A stretch of 64,000 nucleotides of DNA, from contig NW_024704742.1 of assembly GCF_018977255.1 (NCBI RefSeq), positions 66,218,001 to 66,282,000 on the forward strand. The letters are read 5' to 3'. The notes under the pieces were generated by a model. The model worked only from the letters and a program-made list of their open reading frames with translations. It did not search any database and was not told the origin of the DNA. The DNA comes from Callorhinchus milii (taxonomy: Eukaryota). Below, in pieces: positions 1-14,463 of the stretch (positions are counted from its first letter, which is position 1; each line of letters starts with the position of its first letter). The position numbers and the translations under genes were made by a program.

Positions 1-1487
1 TCATTTGCTGTTGACGTTGGATGTTAAAGATCCCATGGAACTATTCAAAAAGAGAAAGGAAGTTTCTCTCGATGTCCTAGCCAATAATTCCCGCAGATAA
101 AATTAGTCACTCACTCCATTACTCTTTGTGGACCATTGCTGTGTGAAAATTGGCTGCCACATTCTCCTACAAATACAAAAATGCCCACAAAATATAGAGT
201 CAATTCATTCTACAGTATATTCTGTGAAGCGCTTTGAGACATCTCGAAGATGTGATAAGGCGCTGTTATCAAATGCAAGGATTATTATTACTATGATTAT
301 TACTACACTAACAATGATAACTGTAGAGTATTTCAACATTATAGGCATGATATCAAATACAAGCATTATTAATATTATCACTATTATGTTCATCAAGAGT
401 AGACCTTTGGAGCGGAGCTGGTTTCAAGTTGACGTACTTGGCAACGGAATGTCAGTTTAGTCAACTCTGTGGCGATCTCAGTAGTTTGGATCCTGAAGAG
501 GATGGTACACAGTACTACAAGGCACTGCTGATGACAGACCAGCCAGTTTGGCTCATCATCAGGACTTAGAGGGGCAGGCCGGTCACTGGGGACAAGCATT
601 CTTCCCACTTGGCTCTTGTTAACCCTACAAATCAAAGCCCCAATGGATAGGGTGGTACTAGCTGAAGAAATAGTTGGGAGCTTACCAGACAGTGCTCTCA
701 ATGGCAAGTTTTATAGTTTTAGCTGGTTGGACTCCAGCATTTACTCCAACACACTGGGTCCTTAAGCCTTCGCTCTTGCCAAACAGTGCCTCATACAGCC
801 CACGGTGCTTCTCCACACCATGAGCAGTTATTAAGGGAAAGTATCACAGAGATGGAGTTGTCAGAGGAGGTCTTGATGGAGCTGAAGGTTTCCCATTGAT
901 TTATCATCCACACGTTTGCCTAGTTTTAATGGCCACGTGTTGGAGTCCAATTGACATCTGCCTTTCTCCATCTCTAACTTTGTATCCAGTGAATGGATTC
1001 AACAGTACAAACCCAACACTATACTCACAATTACAGCACAACCCTCCCTCTAGCATAACAACCCACATCCCCAGAGAAACTTTACAACTCCAACACACCT
1101 CTTCCCCCGGCACAACCCGCCCTCCAGCACAATCCTACCCCATCCCCACACCCCCTCATTTTAAAGAGAACCCAACGTTGTTGAAATACAATTGGCTGCA
1201 GTGTTGGAAAAGATAGTACGGGGAAGGGTGGGGGCGAGTTTAAGCCACGCCAGCCAAGAAGAAGCAACAACAACTATTACTACTTGGTTTATATGGAACG
1301 CTTCACGAGGGGGATAGCATCTCGGGGAGTCTAAAACAATTGCAATTGACCCAATTTACACCTGTCTAAGGAAGCATTTTGTGGTGACTGGCTATGAAGG
1401 GACAGAAAGGTTTCAGTCCACAGTCACCAGCACCTGAATCACTGCAAGATCAACCATCAACCCACCATCGTGGCTCAGTCTGGCTGA

Positions 1488-1553
1488 GTGTTCGCACTCT
1501 CACCTCGGACTCAGATGGGTGTTCGCACTCTCACCTCGGACTCAGATGGGTGT
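1488..1553. repeat. Perfect 31-bp tandem duplication inside a SINE head
   Basis: (gtgttcgcactctcacctcggactcagatgg)x2. Confidence 0.9.
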
Positions 1554-2840
1554 CCCACATTGGCACTTAGTTTCACATAAGCTAAGAAGATATTCCAATG
1601 TGGTGCTGGGGGGAAGTGCCATTATTTGGATGAGGTGTTAAACCGAGGTCCCATCTGTCTGCTCAGGTGGAGGTCAAAGATCCCATGGCACTATTCGAAA
1701 AAGTGAAAGGAGTTTCTTCCGCATCCTGGCCAACAATCCCCCAAATAAAATTGGTCACTCAATTCATGGCTGTTTGTGGGACATTGCTGTGCGCAACTGG
1801 CTGCTGCGTTTCATCCACAACATACACAGTCATTGCACTTTACAGTATATCCTGTGAAACGACTTGAGACGTCTCGCCGATGTGATGAGGCGCTGTAACA
1901 AATGTAAGGATTATTATTATTATTTGTTGCAGCCTCTTATCACATCATCAGGATGTCTCAAAACGCTTCACAGAAATTTACTGGAAAGTGTTGTGATTTT
2001 GTATTTTTACGGACAATTTGCATACAGACAGCCAAGAAGTGAGTGACCAGTTTTATTTGGGGGATGTGACTCATGTGGAGTATAAACACTGGCATGGACT
2101 GTTTGGGCTGAATGGACTGTTTCCATGCTGTACCGTACAGCCTATGATTGTTGACCAGGACACTGGGAGAAACTCTTTTCTCTTTTTAAGTAGTGGCATG
2201 GGATTTTTAATGTCCACCTGAACTGGCAGCGGGGCCTAAGTTTAACGTCTAATGTAAAGGACAGCACTTTCGACAACGCAGTGTTTCCTCCCCCCTACCC
2301 GGTCGACCTGGATTTACAGTAAAGTGCAACACGCTAGCATATGTGTAATGTGGGGATGGGAATAGTATTTAGTCCAAAGCCTCAGCAGTGCTCAGCGTGG
2401 AGCCTGAGATATTCGGCAGGTCACAGGCACCCACCGGGAGACAACACTTTGATGTGCCATGTTAATTCATATTCAAACAAGCTCGCTTTACTCAAAGGTT
2501 TTTAATTTTCATGAGAGGGCTGATCCCATGACTCTGTGGCCAGCCTGGGTGGGGGGATCATGCTGTGTTTGCTGTTCTCTGGGTTTACGTTGCAAATTCC
2601 TGGCTAAAGTTTAATGCTGTCAGATCTTCAATACCCCGGTTAACACCGACCAAATACACAGCTGTCTTATTAATCCAAGCTTTTAAAAACAGTGGTAGAA
2701 TTCTGAATAAATATACATTGTTTCCCCCAGTATAAGGAGCAGAGATTCCTTAAAAATGTCACAGCAATGAAAGAGTGGGAAAGGTTTATTTCTTCTGAGA
2801 TTGTGCTTTGTTCCATTGTGAACTTGAGCAACTTTTAAAA

Positions 2841-3208
2841 TAATAATATAATCCTTGCATTTGATCTGGCACCTTATCACATCTTTGAGACGTCTCAAAT
2901 TGCATCACAGAATATACTATAAAGTAAATTGACTATATATTGTGAGCAAAACACGGCAGCCAATTGAGCACAGCAGTGTCCCACAGTCTTGGATTGTGTA
3001 ACCAAATTATTATTTTTTTTTGAAGGGATTATTACCCCTGGAAAAGCGATCTACCAATCGACAAAGAATCCAGTTACTAATTACTGCTAGGTAAACAGAA
3101 GGTGTGTGGAGTAAGGAAACTTGCCCAACATTTCACCCTGCCCGGGAATCAAACCCGGATTCTCTCGTTTGCGGGGCAAGTACTCTAACCGCTACGCTAT
3201 AGGATTCC
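2841..3208 (-). mobile_element. Full-length copy of the young tRNA SINE
   Basis: Reverse complement of the same consensus. Confidence 0.85.
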
Positions 3209-3530
3209 ACATTTTGATAGCGGATGGCTCAAAAAAATACTTATATATGAAAATATAGCTTGGAAACAGAGGGTGAGTGGATGGTGACAGAGGACCCAAC
3301 TATTGTATCAAAGTTGCACGGTAGATAAGCGGAGTTTCCTTGGAGCTGCGTTGGCTCCAAGGTGACATGCCTGCCAACAAAACGCCTGAATTGAATCAAC
3401 CCTCTTTGGCGGTGTCCTTAGTCAGGTGGTTCTGCAGTATTCCAGGGCAGTGCTGGTGACAGCACAGCCAGTCTGCTCATTGGCAGGACTTGGCAGTAAT
3501 CAGACCAGTTACTGGGGGCAGGGAGTCATC

Positions 3531-4033
3531 CTGCAGCGTAGATTTACCAGGTTGGTACCAGGGATGAACGGGATGAGTTACGAGGATAGGCTGACCAATT
3601 TGGGCCTATATTTTCTAGAATATAGAAGAATTAGAGGGGATCTTATAGAAACCTATAAGATCATCAAAGGGCATGATAGAGTAGATAGTGGGAGATTGTT
3701 TCCCCTGGTTGGAGGAACTAAAACCAGGGGTCACAACCTTAAAATCAGAGGCAGCCCTTTCTCACTGAGTTGAGGAAGAACTTCTTCACTCAAAGGGTGG
3801 TGAATGTATGGAACTCACTAACCCAAAGGGCTGTTGACGCTCAGTCCTTGAACATATTCAAGACTGAGATAGATAGATATCTTATTGGAAAAAAGGTTTA
3901 AGGGATATGGCGATAAGACAGGGTTATAGTATTAGCTGGAGTTAGATTAGAAGATCAGCCATGATTGAATTGCGGGGCAGGCTCGAATGGCCTACTCCTG
4001 CTCCTACATGTTATGTTATGCTATGTTATGTTA
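3531..4033 (+). mobile_element. CR1 LINE 3' fragment with (TTATG)n tail, nested in an unclassified repeat
   Basis: QRRFTRLVPGMNGMSYEDRLTNLGLYFLEYRRIRGDLIETYKII..TRGHNLK. Confidence 0.9.
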
Positions 4034-6794
4034 TCCCACTCAGCTCCTGTTAACCCTGCAAGCCAAAGCCCTCGTGGGTAGGGTGGTCCTCGCTGAACAA
4101 ACAGCAGGCAAGCTTGCCAGCCAGTGCTTTCAATGGCAAACTGTATGTTTTTAGTTGGTTAGACTCCAGCAGTATCCCAACACACACTCTGCAGTCCTTA
4201 AATTTTGGCTTTTGCCAACCTGTGCCTAATACTCTCTGGAATTAAGTAAAAAGGGTGCTCTCTCTGGAGAGAGTGCGCATTCCATTCAAGGCATAGGGAT
4301 TTTTCATGTGTAAATGGCATACATATATAGAGTTCTCAGTCCACTTTTAAGCACAATGATGGGTTTCTGCATGTATCAGATACCTGGCTGATCAAAAGAA
4401 TATCCACATGTCTATTCAAGTCAAAGTATACTGTATATTTTTTTCCTGGTGTAATGTTTTCATTTGGGTTTAATTCACCTCTGATTGTCACAGCAACATC
4501 ACTTTACAGTAAATCCTGTGAAGCGCTTTGAGGCATCTCGAGGACATGATAAAGCACTATATCAAATGCAAGGATTAATATTATGGTTTCTTTTCTATGG
4601 GCCGTTCTATAAGATCCCCTCTTACCTAGTGTCGGTTTAGGCTGAAATTTATCACTCTAAAACAAGTCTATTAGATTAAATATGATAATAATAATACTTA
4701 TATTTGCCTAAGAGCCTTTCACATCGAGAGATTGTTTCAAAGAACTTCACAGGATAATCTGTGGAGTGGAGTGACTACGTATTGTGTAGGTGAACACAGC
4801 AGCCAACTACCTCACAGCAGCGTCCCACAAACAACAACAACAAGATTGCATTTATAGAGCGCCTTTCACGTCGGGAGGACCTCCCAAGGCGCTGTACAGT
4901 TGGGTCAGGGCCCGAGCAGGGGGGAAATTGTCAGGCTGAGGGGAGGGAAGGGAGGGAGCAAGGAGGGGGTAGAGAGAGGAGCTGAAGGCACGGTCAAAGA
5001 GAAAGGTCTTGAGACCGGCCTTGAAGGAGAAAAGGGAGGAAGCGGCGAAGGCACTGGGGGATAGAGTTCCAGAGCCTCGGGGCTGAGAGGCTGAAGGCCA
5101 TAAAGTGAAGGGCTGCTTTTATCTGGGGGGATTGTTGGCCAGGACATCGGGAGAAACGGCCTTCTCTTTTCCCATAGTGCCAATAATAATAATAATGATT
5201 GATAATAATCCCTCAAATAAAAAATAAAATAATAATTTGGTCACTCAATCCACGACTGTTTGTGGGACACTGTTGTGCGCAATTGGCTGCCGTGTTTCAC
5301 CCACAAATATATAATCAATTTACTTTGCAGCATATTCTGTGAAGTGCTTTGAGAAGTTTAGAAGATGTGAAAAGCGCTATATCAAATGCAAGGATTATTA
5401 CTATTTTTATTTTATTACTCTGTGATCTTGAATGCCAAATATTGTATCCGGAACCACAAATGAAACTCTGGCCAGATTCCCAAGATCATGGACGGTGCTG
5501 AGATATTTTATTAAAACGAGAGCCAAAAAGGTTACTCCAATGCGGGACGTCGAGCAGAGGGCAGGGCTGACAGTGTGTGGGGGCAGGAAGAGGGTTATTG
5601 TGGTTACTGACCGGCGATGATTAAGGAATGTGAATAAATTAAAGGTCATTCATAATGAATTCAATGTGACCATTATTTCACTGAACACATTGCAAAATGG
5701 TGCAAGGTACAAGCAAAGTTCACCTTAATGCCCTAATAATCCTTGCATTTGATTTAGCGCAACTTTGAAACGTCTCAAAGCACTTCACAGGATTTTCTGT
5801 ACCCTACAGTGACTGTCTCACAATGGAGGGTGAGAGGGCAACACTCTGCGTAAGTTATCCAGAACGCCCTGAACTTTAGACAAATCCTTGAAATCAGGCC
5901 TACTTTGGAAGCAGGCTTCTTGCTGTTCCTCTCGAGACAAGAGTCTCACACGACAAAGCCCGGGAGGGATTTGGCCGTCTGTCCCAGAGCCATGGTTCCT
6001 TTGACGTCCGGCCCCTACCCTCCACGCCCTCACCCAGGAATCTCAGACAGATCCATTAAACAATTCTGCATCTCCAACCTCTCCGAAGTTAATTTGCATT
6101 CTTTCTCCCCCACCAACTATCCCTTCCAAGAATTCTGTTTGACCCTGGCTAGGTTCCAGAGAAAAGGCCTTCCATGGAGCTTTAAAGTGTCAGTCTATCT
6201 GCCTGTCTGTCATCTCCCTGTTTACCCGTCCATCTGTCCGTCCGTCCATCCGTCTGTCTGTGTAAAGTCAATTTACAAAGTACGTCATAAGTTTTGCAAT
6301 ACACAACAACATTGTCATTTATACAGAGTGAATCAGAAGTCCTTACTCATAGAGATATTAATTATTAATTATATTCTTATGTTATAAGAAAACATTCTTG
6401 TGTAGCTATTATACAAGATATCTTTTATCAGGTTAGTGAAAGTTCACTTGTAAGACTAACTTGAGTTTGGCTATGTGCAGGCACCTTTCACATAAAAATA
6501 AACAGCTCAAAGCACTTTACAAATTTCAAATACAATAAGAAATGAAAATGAATGATGTTACATAGACAAAAATGGCAATCAATCCGCGTCAGCAACATCC
6601 AGGAAATAACACTGAGACAAGGAATATGAATTTCAATCAGGAGGGGAATGTAAGGCAGAATATCAGAGAGAAAGACTAGTTTTCTTTGAAATTCAAGATC
6701 CTCGTCCTCAACTTCAAATCCATCTACAGCCTTGCACCTCTCCCACCATGTGCATCCCAACCATCCTGCTGCTCCCTCCACTTACTGTTATTAT

Positions 6795-7157
6795 GGAGTC
6801 CTGTAGTGTAGTGGTTAGCACTCTCACCTCGCAAGTGAGAGGACTTGGGTTCAATTCATGGGCTGGGCAAAACCTTAGGCAAGTTTCCTGTTCCACATGC
6901 CTGTTTACCTAACAGTAAATAGGAACCTAATTGTTAGTTCATTGGCGGATCGCTTTCCGGGAGTAATAATCCCATCAAAAAAACATGTGGTCACTCAATC
7001 CACTACTGTTTGTGGGACACTACTGAGCATAATTGGCTGTCGCGTTTTGCCACAAAATACACAGTCAATTCACTTTACAATGTATTCCGTGAAGCGCTTT
7101 GAGCGTCTCAATGACATGCTAAGGCGCTATATCAAATGGTAGGATTATTATTATTAT
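6795..7157 (+). mobile_element. Full-length copy of the young tRNA SINE
   Basis: tRNA head, central box, (TTA)n tail. Confidence 0.85.
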
Positions 7158-10100
7158 TGTTTCCAATTCACAAACTCCATACTGGAGGAGACAGGGACCT
7201 GTATGATGATTGTGGTACTTTTGGACAGAGCATAGGCAGGATGCCAACATGCTGACAAGAAACACTTTGATCTTTGTCTCAGAAAGAATACAAATCTTGA
7301 CTTGCTTAAGTGGTTTGCAGGCACACTCCCTACATCTGAGGCTGACAAGAGTAGAGTCATCCCTCTCAGCTAGGTGTCAGCTACTGCTCTTCCTTGGAGG
7401 TCAGAAGGTTGTGGGTTCAAGTTGTGGAATTTAAGTGCATAGTCTAAGCTGACACTGCAGTGTGGGGCTGGGGAATGCTGTGTCATCAGGGGTGCCGTCT
7501 TTCGTTTGAGATTTTAAACCAAGGTCCCATTTGCTTAATCATCTGGACGTAAAAAATACCACTTTGTGAAGAGAAAAGGGAGTTTCTCCCCATTCCCCCA
7601 AGGTTTGAAACTTTCTCCCTTAATCCCTCCGTCTTGCCCCCTCCTTGCCCTCTTTTAGATCACGACCAAAGACCTTCCTCTTCGACCGTGCTTACGGTCA
7701 CCTCCTCCCCCCAACCCCGGCTCGGTGGCAGACTCCGCCACTGTTAAGCGCTCCGAGACGCTACCCCACTAAAGGCCGCCATATAAATGCAAATTGTTAT
7801 TGTAAAGTGGCCAATCACCTCGTGTGAGGTTTCTGTGTGTAAATTGGCTGCCACATTTTTGCCTACAAAATGCACAGCCGTGAAACTTGACAGCAATTCC
7901 CTGTGAAACACTTTGAAACATTACAGGCGTAACTTTGGGATGTCTTAGGCGAACTCTAAGAAATACCAGTTACAGTGTTCCCATAAAACATGACCCAACC
8001 CCCACTTATGCCTTCCCCCCAACACCCCCCATGTGGTGTCAGATGCAGTTACAAAGCACTGCAGCTATCAACACCGAGAAAATCAGGCCAACAACACAAC
8101 AGTCAACGGGTGAATGCAATATTCAGTCTTTGATTCACAAAGCTTCCTTATTTGGTTACATACCCCCAGGGCTCTCTTGAGGACTCTTTATGAAGGCTCT
8201 CAAATCATTTTCAGTGCAGAATGAAATTACTTTCTTGTAAAACTGTCAATTTTTTTCTCACAATAAACCGGAACAAAGCTGTGGAGGATATAAATGTAAT
8301 CCGCAATCTGACAGCTCGGCGTAATGTGCTCACTATAAACAGCCCGAGGCTGACAGATCACATTCCTTGCTAACACTGCGCAGAGTTTCTTTGGTACGAG
8401 GTGTGCAGACAATAAAAAAAGCTTGCATTTGATACAGTCCCTTATCACGTCTTCGAAACGTCTCAGAGCGCTTCACAGAATATACTGTAAAGTGAATTAA
8501 CTAGATTTTGTGGGTGATACAGGGCAGCCAATTACGCACAGCAGTGTCCCACAAAGAGTCGTGGATTGAGTGACAAAATTATTATTTATTTGTTTATTTA
8601 TTGAAGGAATTATTCCTACTTACTGCTACTTAAACAGAGGTGTGTTGGCTGAGGAAGCTTGCCTAAGGTTTCGCCCCGTCCAGGAATCAAACCCGGGTCC
8701 TCTCACTTGCAAGACGAGTTCGCTAACCAATATTCTTCAGCACTCCAGATCAAAGTTGATGAGATGATTTTGGCTGGACACGCCTCTTGGCATGAGTTCT
8801 TCGGCATAAACCTGGGTAGATGGTGTTCATCTGTCCATCTATCCATCCATTTGGTATTAAAAACCCACTGGATCTGTTCTTTAATTGCCATTGCAGTGTC
8901 CTGGCCAACAAAACCTCCAGATAACTCGGTCGTTCATTTCATAATTGGTTATAATAATCATCAAATTTATAGCACCTGATCACATCGACGAGACGTCTCA
9001 AAGCACTTCACTTTTTTTACCGTGAAGTGTAGTGATTGAGTATTTGTATTTGTAGACAAACTCAACAGCCGCATCTAATCTCAGTCTATGAGGCCAAATT
9101 TAAAACAGCGTAAAAATTGTAGCAAACTCTTAAAACAAGTCTTCGTACTGGAGCCGGGTTCGGGATTCCTTTACGAAGTTGCCAAATTAGGACTGAACTT
9201 TTTCCACAATTTTCCACAATTTCTGTGCAGCCTTAATTTTCGAGATAAATTGTGCCACGGGGTCGGACACGGTGGAATTTTGAGCAGTTTGCAACAAATG
9301 GAGCAGTTGCTTGACTCCTGTCAAGCTGGACACAGCTATCAATCACGTGCTGGGTCCCTACAGGCCGAGCTAGCTGAGAACACAGTCGTAACACTCTGGT
9401 GATAAAGTCGCTATTTAATTACAGGAACACTTTACACTCAGCCATTAGAGGTGACCTTTTTCGCTGCTGTGTCAAAAGTGTAGCTGTAAAGAATCCAGTA
9501 AATCAACCCAGGTTATTACTTGCTGTCTGACGTCTCTCCAGTCCCGAACCCAGTATCAGAAAATCCATCTGTCTTCATTTTCACGTAAACTGCAGCTTGC
9601 ACTATATTCAGTCAGCCCAATATAGCCTGGCTCAGTCAACAGCACTTTCACTGTTAAGTCAGAAGACTGTGGGTTCAAACCCAACATCAAGGACTTTGAA
9701 CTCACACAGTCCAGGCTGACACTTCACTCCAGACAGGACCTCGAATTAACCTCTCAATCAAAGGACAGCACCTCCTGATAATGCATTGCTCTCCCAGCAC
9801 TGCAGTGGAAGGTCAGTCTAGATTGTTCTGTGAAGTCCTTTGAGACGTCTCAACGAAGTGATAAGGCCCTATATCATACGCAAGGATCATTATTATATAC
9901 TCCCAACATGGGTCTTGTACCCAAAACTTTCTGTCTCAGAGGAGAAAGTGATGCCGACTGAGCCAAGTGTTTGTTTGCCTGGCCGGCATGGGAAAGTTGA
10001 TTTTTTTTTGGTCTGACACATGTGGAAACCCATCCCCATGCTTAAGAGTATCCAAACCAAGCTGAGAATTCCAGGCATCCCACCTACACATGGAAATCCC

Positions 10101-11526
10101 AGAGATAGATTGTTGGAATGGAATGTGACTCTCTCCCTGGAGGGACACATCCTGCTTTCCTAATGCCGGAAAGTATTAGGCACAGGGTGGCAAGAGCCAA
10201 AGGTTGGGGACCTCAGACTGTGTGTTGGGAGACTGGGACATCTTTCTGGCGTGAAGGGCGCTATACAAGTGTTGTTGTTCCTAGAACCTAACCAGCTAAA
10301 ACCGCATAGCTTACCATTGATATTGCTGTCCGGCAAGCTTTCCCTCTGCTTGTCCAGCTAGGACCACCCTACCCATTAGGGCTTTGGCTTGTAAGGTTAA
10401 CAAGAGCTGACGACAAGTTACATTTGCACATACAGCACTTGTATTCCCTGCCCCCAGTGACTGGTCTGCCCTTCCAAGTCCTGACGATGTGCTATCATCA
10501 GCAGTGCCCGGGAATACTGTGGATTTACCGGCTCAGGAACCGAGATCCACACAGAGGACTGGCTCGGTTCTAACATTCCAGATTCCACTTCAGCTCCAAC
10601 GAGACCACTCCACCCATCCCACCCACCCCCACCCACCCCCACCCAGGAGGATTTGACTAATGGGACAGTTGACGAGACGTAGTTCCTTCAGGGGCATAGT
10701 GGTGTTGGTGGTGGTGGGGGGGGCGGGGAGAGATTCACAAAGCTGCCAAGCTGACCTGTAGAGTGTAGGTGAGTGAGAGTCCAGCCTTGGAGGCTCCCAG
10801 TAACCTGGCTGGAGGCAAGCAGCTGCGTCTTTGTGTAATTACTTTCCAGCGGAGCCACAAGTGCCAGACAGTAGTAAAATCTCATCCTGTCAGGAGCAGA
10901 ATGTAGACCTGTCTGCCTCTGGGCTGGGTTACCTCATGCTGCCATTTGCTAACAAAAGATGTAGTTGTCGATCAGCAAACGACAAGTTACATTTGCACAT
11001 TCAGCACTTGTATTCAGATAGGATTAGAGCATATATTTCAAAGACTGTATCTTTTTCGTAAAAGGAATAGCAGTGCAAAAGGCCACGGGAGTTAGTATAA
11101 ATGGAAAGCTCTTTCAAAATGGTCGATGCCAGCACATTTGGCTGAATGGCCTCCTTCTGTGGGGGATGGGGAGTGGTAAAATACTATGATTCCACAATTG
11201 TAAGCACCAGAAAAGGCTTTGACTAGTGAAAGATCACAGTGGTTCTATATCGGTGTTACATTGTGCATTGCAAGTAGATTGGGGGGCGGTCAGGGTTTCA
11301 GAAACATAGGCATAAATAGGGCACAGAGCGAGGAGATCAATTCAAACCCACCACCTGCCTTATCCCCATTAACCCCGTCAAGCCCCTATTTTTCGTATGC
11401 AATATGAAAGATGGATTCATATGGTTTTGTGTGGATAAACAACCAACTAAACACATAAACACACAAGCACAAAAACAGGAAGGTACTGTGGTGTGGGCAC
11501 TAAAGAGATCTCAGGGCCACAAAGAG

Positions 11527-12018
11527 AACAACAACAACAAAATTACATTTATAGAGCGCCTTTCACATCGGGAAGACATCCTAAAGTGCTGAACAGTCAG
11601 GTGTTGGGACCCAAACATGGGGGAGGGGTGGTGTAGGGGTGAGGGAAGGCAGAGAGGTGGGAGGGAGACCAAAGGTACAGTCGAAGAGAAGGGTCTTGAG
11701 ACCGGCCTTGAAGAAGGCAAGAGAGGAAGCGAGGCGAAGGGACCGTGGGATGGAGTTCCAGAGTGTGGGGACAGAGAAGCTGAAAGCCCGACCACCAATG
11801 GAGCAGGAGCCCGATGAATGGAGGGAGAGGGCAGATTGGTAGGGAGTCAGCAGGTCAGAGAGGTAGGAGGGGGCAAGGCCATGGATAGCCTTAAAGGTGA
11901 GGACGAAGATCTTGAACTCGATCCTCTGGGGGATGGGGAGCCAGTCGAGTCAGGTGAGAGTGGGAGTGATGGGGTCACGGAGCCTGGTGCGTGAGAGTAT
12001 ACGAGCTGCAGAGTTTTG
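11527..12018 (-). mobile_element. L2 3' fragment
   Basis: [20 protein letters not shown]2 3'UTR and tail. Confidence 0.85.
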
Positions 12019-12244
12019 GAGGGAGGGAGGGAAGTGAAGTTTTGGAGGAAGGGAAGAGAAACTGGGTGATGGGAAGAGGGGAAGGGGAGAGAGGACAGAT
12101 CCTCGAAAATAATGAATCTGGCAGGTAACTCGCCCGTCTCCAAGGCTGGCCTTCGAGATCAAGATCTCCACTTTTACAGCAACCCATGTAGGAAGGCGTG
12201 GGGCATAGCCAGACATCAAAACTCGCACAAAGGTTTTAATACTT

Positions 12245-12840
12245 CAAGCTGAAATAATCCAGCCACTGTATAAATCATTGGTGAGACCATCCTTGAAGTA
12301 CTGTGTACAGTTCTGGTCGCCACAGTACAAAAAAGATATTGGACAAATCGAGAAGATACAGAGGAGGGCAACCAAAATGATTGAGGGAATGGAAGGACTG
12401 GATTATGAGGAGTGACTGAGTAAATTGGGCATGTTCATGCTGGAAAAGAGAAGAATGAGAGGCGACATGATTGCTGTCTTTAAGATTTTAAAGGGGTTAG
12501 ACAATATAGATCATGACAGGCTGTTTCAACTTGTCCAGAATAGTAGAACCAGAGGACACGGCCTGTGATTGAAGGGGCGTAAATTCAGAACAAATCTACG
12601 CAAAAACTATTTCAGGGAGTGAATAGTGAACCTGTGGAACAGGCTCCCTCGGGAGACAGTTGAAGCAGTAAGTGTTAATTCTTTCAAACACAGAATAGAT
12701 AGTTTTCTTTTGGGAAATAACATTATGGGATATAGTACACAGGTAGTTCGGGACATATGTGCATGCGGCCGCCAGGAAGGTGGAAGGCGAACGAGATGGA
12801 CCTTGGTCTTTTTTCATCTAGACATTTACCCCTATTATAT
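12245..12840 (+). mobile_element. CR1 LINE 3' fragment
   Basis: LYKSLVRP..YCVQFWSPQYKKDI..QRRATKMI..LEKRRMRGDMI; same 3'UTR recurs at ~50680-50840. Confidence 0.9.
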
Positions 12841-13441
12841 TCTTCTGTTAATATATGCTTTTCAAAAGGTTAATTTTGAAAAAGAAACTCTACTTTTTTA
12901 CATCCATCTTCTCCAGACTCTCCTGACTTCTCCCAGTTTTATACTGGTGCTCAATTATCACTTAGGGCTGGTGGATGGGGTGAACGGCGACACAGGACAG
13001 AGGACAGTTAGAACATGCAACACATCTGGCAAAGTCAAGCCATAGCATCAAAGAGGAAACAAAAACAACTTGCAAATACATAGCGCCCTTCAAATAGGGG
13101 TAAATATCTTGGAGTGCTTCAGAGGGATTGGGTTGGATACAAAACAGTTAGTTAATAATAATAATAATCTCTCCATTTGGTGTAGCACTTTTCACGTCAG
13201 GAGGACGTCCGGAAGCGCTTCACAGGACTTATTGTGAAGTGGAGCGACTGGTGTTTTGTAGGCAATCATGGCAGCCCAATTGCATACAGCAGAGTTCCAC
13301 AAACAGCCATGCAATGAATGAACCATATATATTTGAAGAAAAACAGAATTGAAAGCCTATGGGGGAGAAGAGCAGAGAGTTAGAATAGATGGAGACTTGG
13401 AACTCATATTATCTCAGCTGACATCCAATGCAGTGCTGTGT

Positions 13442-13770
13442 TACATAGAAACAGGAATAGGCCATTCAACCCCTCGAGCCATTCTATAAGAACATGGCTG
13501 ATCTGTACCTCAAATCCAATTACCCACCTTTGCCCCATTTCCCATAATACCTTGACCTAACAAATGTCTATCCAACTCAGTCTTGAAGATGTGAATAGAT
13601 CCAGCATACACAGCCTTTTGGGGGAGAGAGTTCCAGATTTCCACAACCCTTTGGATAAAAAACTGCTTCCTGATTTCACTCCAAAATGGCCTAGTTTTAA
13701 TTTTAAGATTATGCCCCCTTATTCTAGATTCTCCACCAGAGGAAATAGTTTCTCTGTATCTACCCTATCT
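13442..13770 (-). mobile_element. CR1 LINE 3' end
   Basis: Reverse complement of a CR1 terminal coding region and 3'UTR (gaatggcctattcctgtttctatg). Confidence 0.75.
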
Positions 13771-14400
13771 TGTAGATATATATATATATATTATATACAG
13801 AATATTGTTGTCGGAGGTTCCATCCTTCAGAAGAGACATTAAACCAAGGTCCCTCCTAAAGATGCCATGGCAGAGGGTGGGCGGGTGGGAGTTTCAGTCG
13901 CTCCACTTTATTGTATATGCTGTGAAGCACTTTGGGATGTCCTCCTGATGTGAAAGGCGCTACACCAAATTTAGGATTATTATTATTACAGAGAGGTTTA
14001 TAATAACCCTAATTGGCTGACCATCACCAGTCACAATGGGTCTTATTGTGTCTTAATTTTTCCATTATTTTATGAAAGTTATTCACTCATGAATGTAACA
14101 TTTCACAGGGGTTTACAACAACAACTTGCATTTGTACAGCGCTCCTCGTGCAGGGTAGCATCCCAGAGCGCTTGACAATGGCGGAGCACATCGCCGAGCC
14201 GGGGGAAGGTGACCATAGGCGCGGTCAAAGAGAAAGCTCTTCAGGTGTGACCTGACGATGGGGAAGGATGTGAAGAGGCTGAAGAATTGAAGGCGCGCGT
14301 TCCAGAGTTGTGGTGCATAGTTGTTTAGATATTGCAACCGCTTCAAGACATTCCGTTTTATGTGAAAGACGCTCTACAGAAAAAATTATCGTTATAGGCT

Positions 14401-14404
<4 letters not shown>

Positions 14405-14436
<32 letters not shown>

Positions 14437-14463
14437 GAGAGAGAGAGAGAGTGATAGAGAGAG
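14405..14463. repeat. (GA)n microsatellite
   Basis: Directly visible. Confidence 0.95.
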
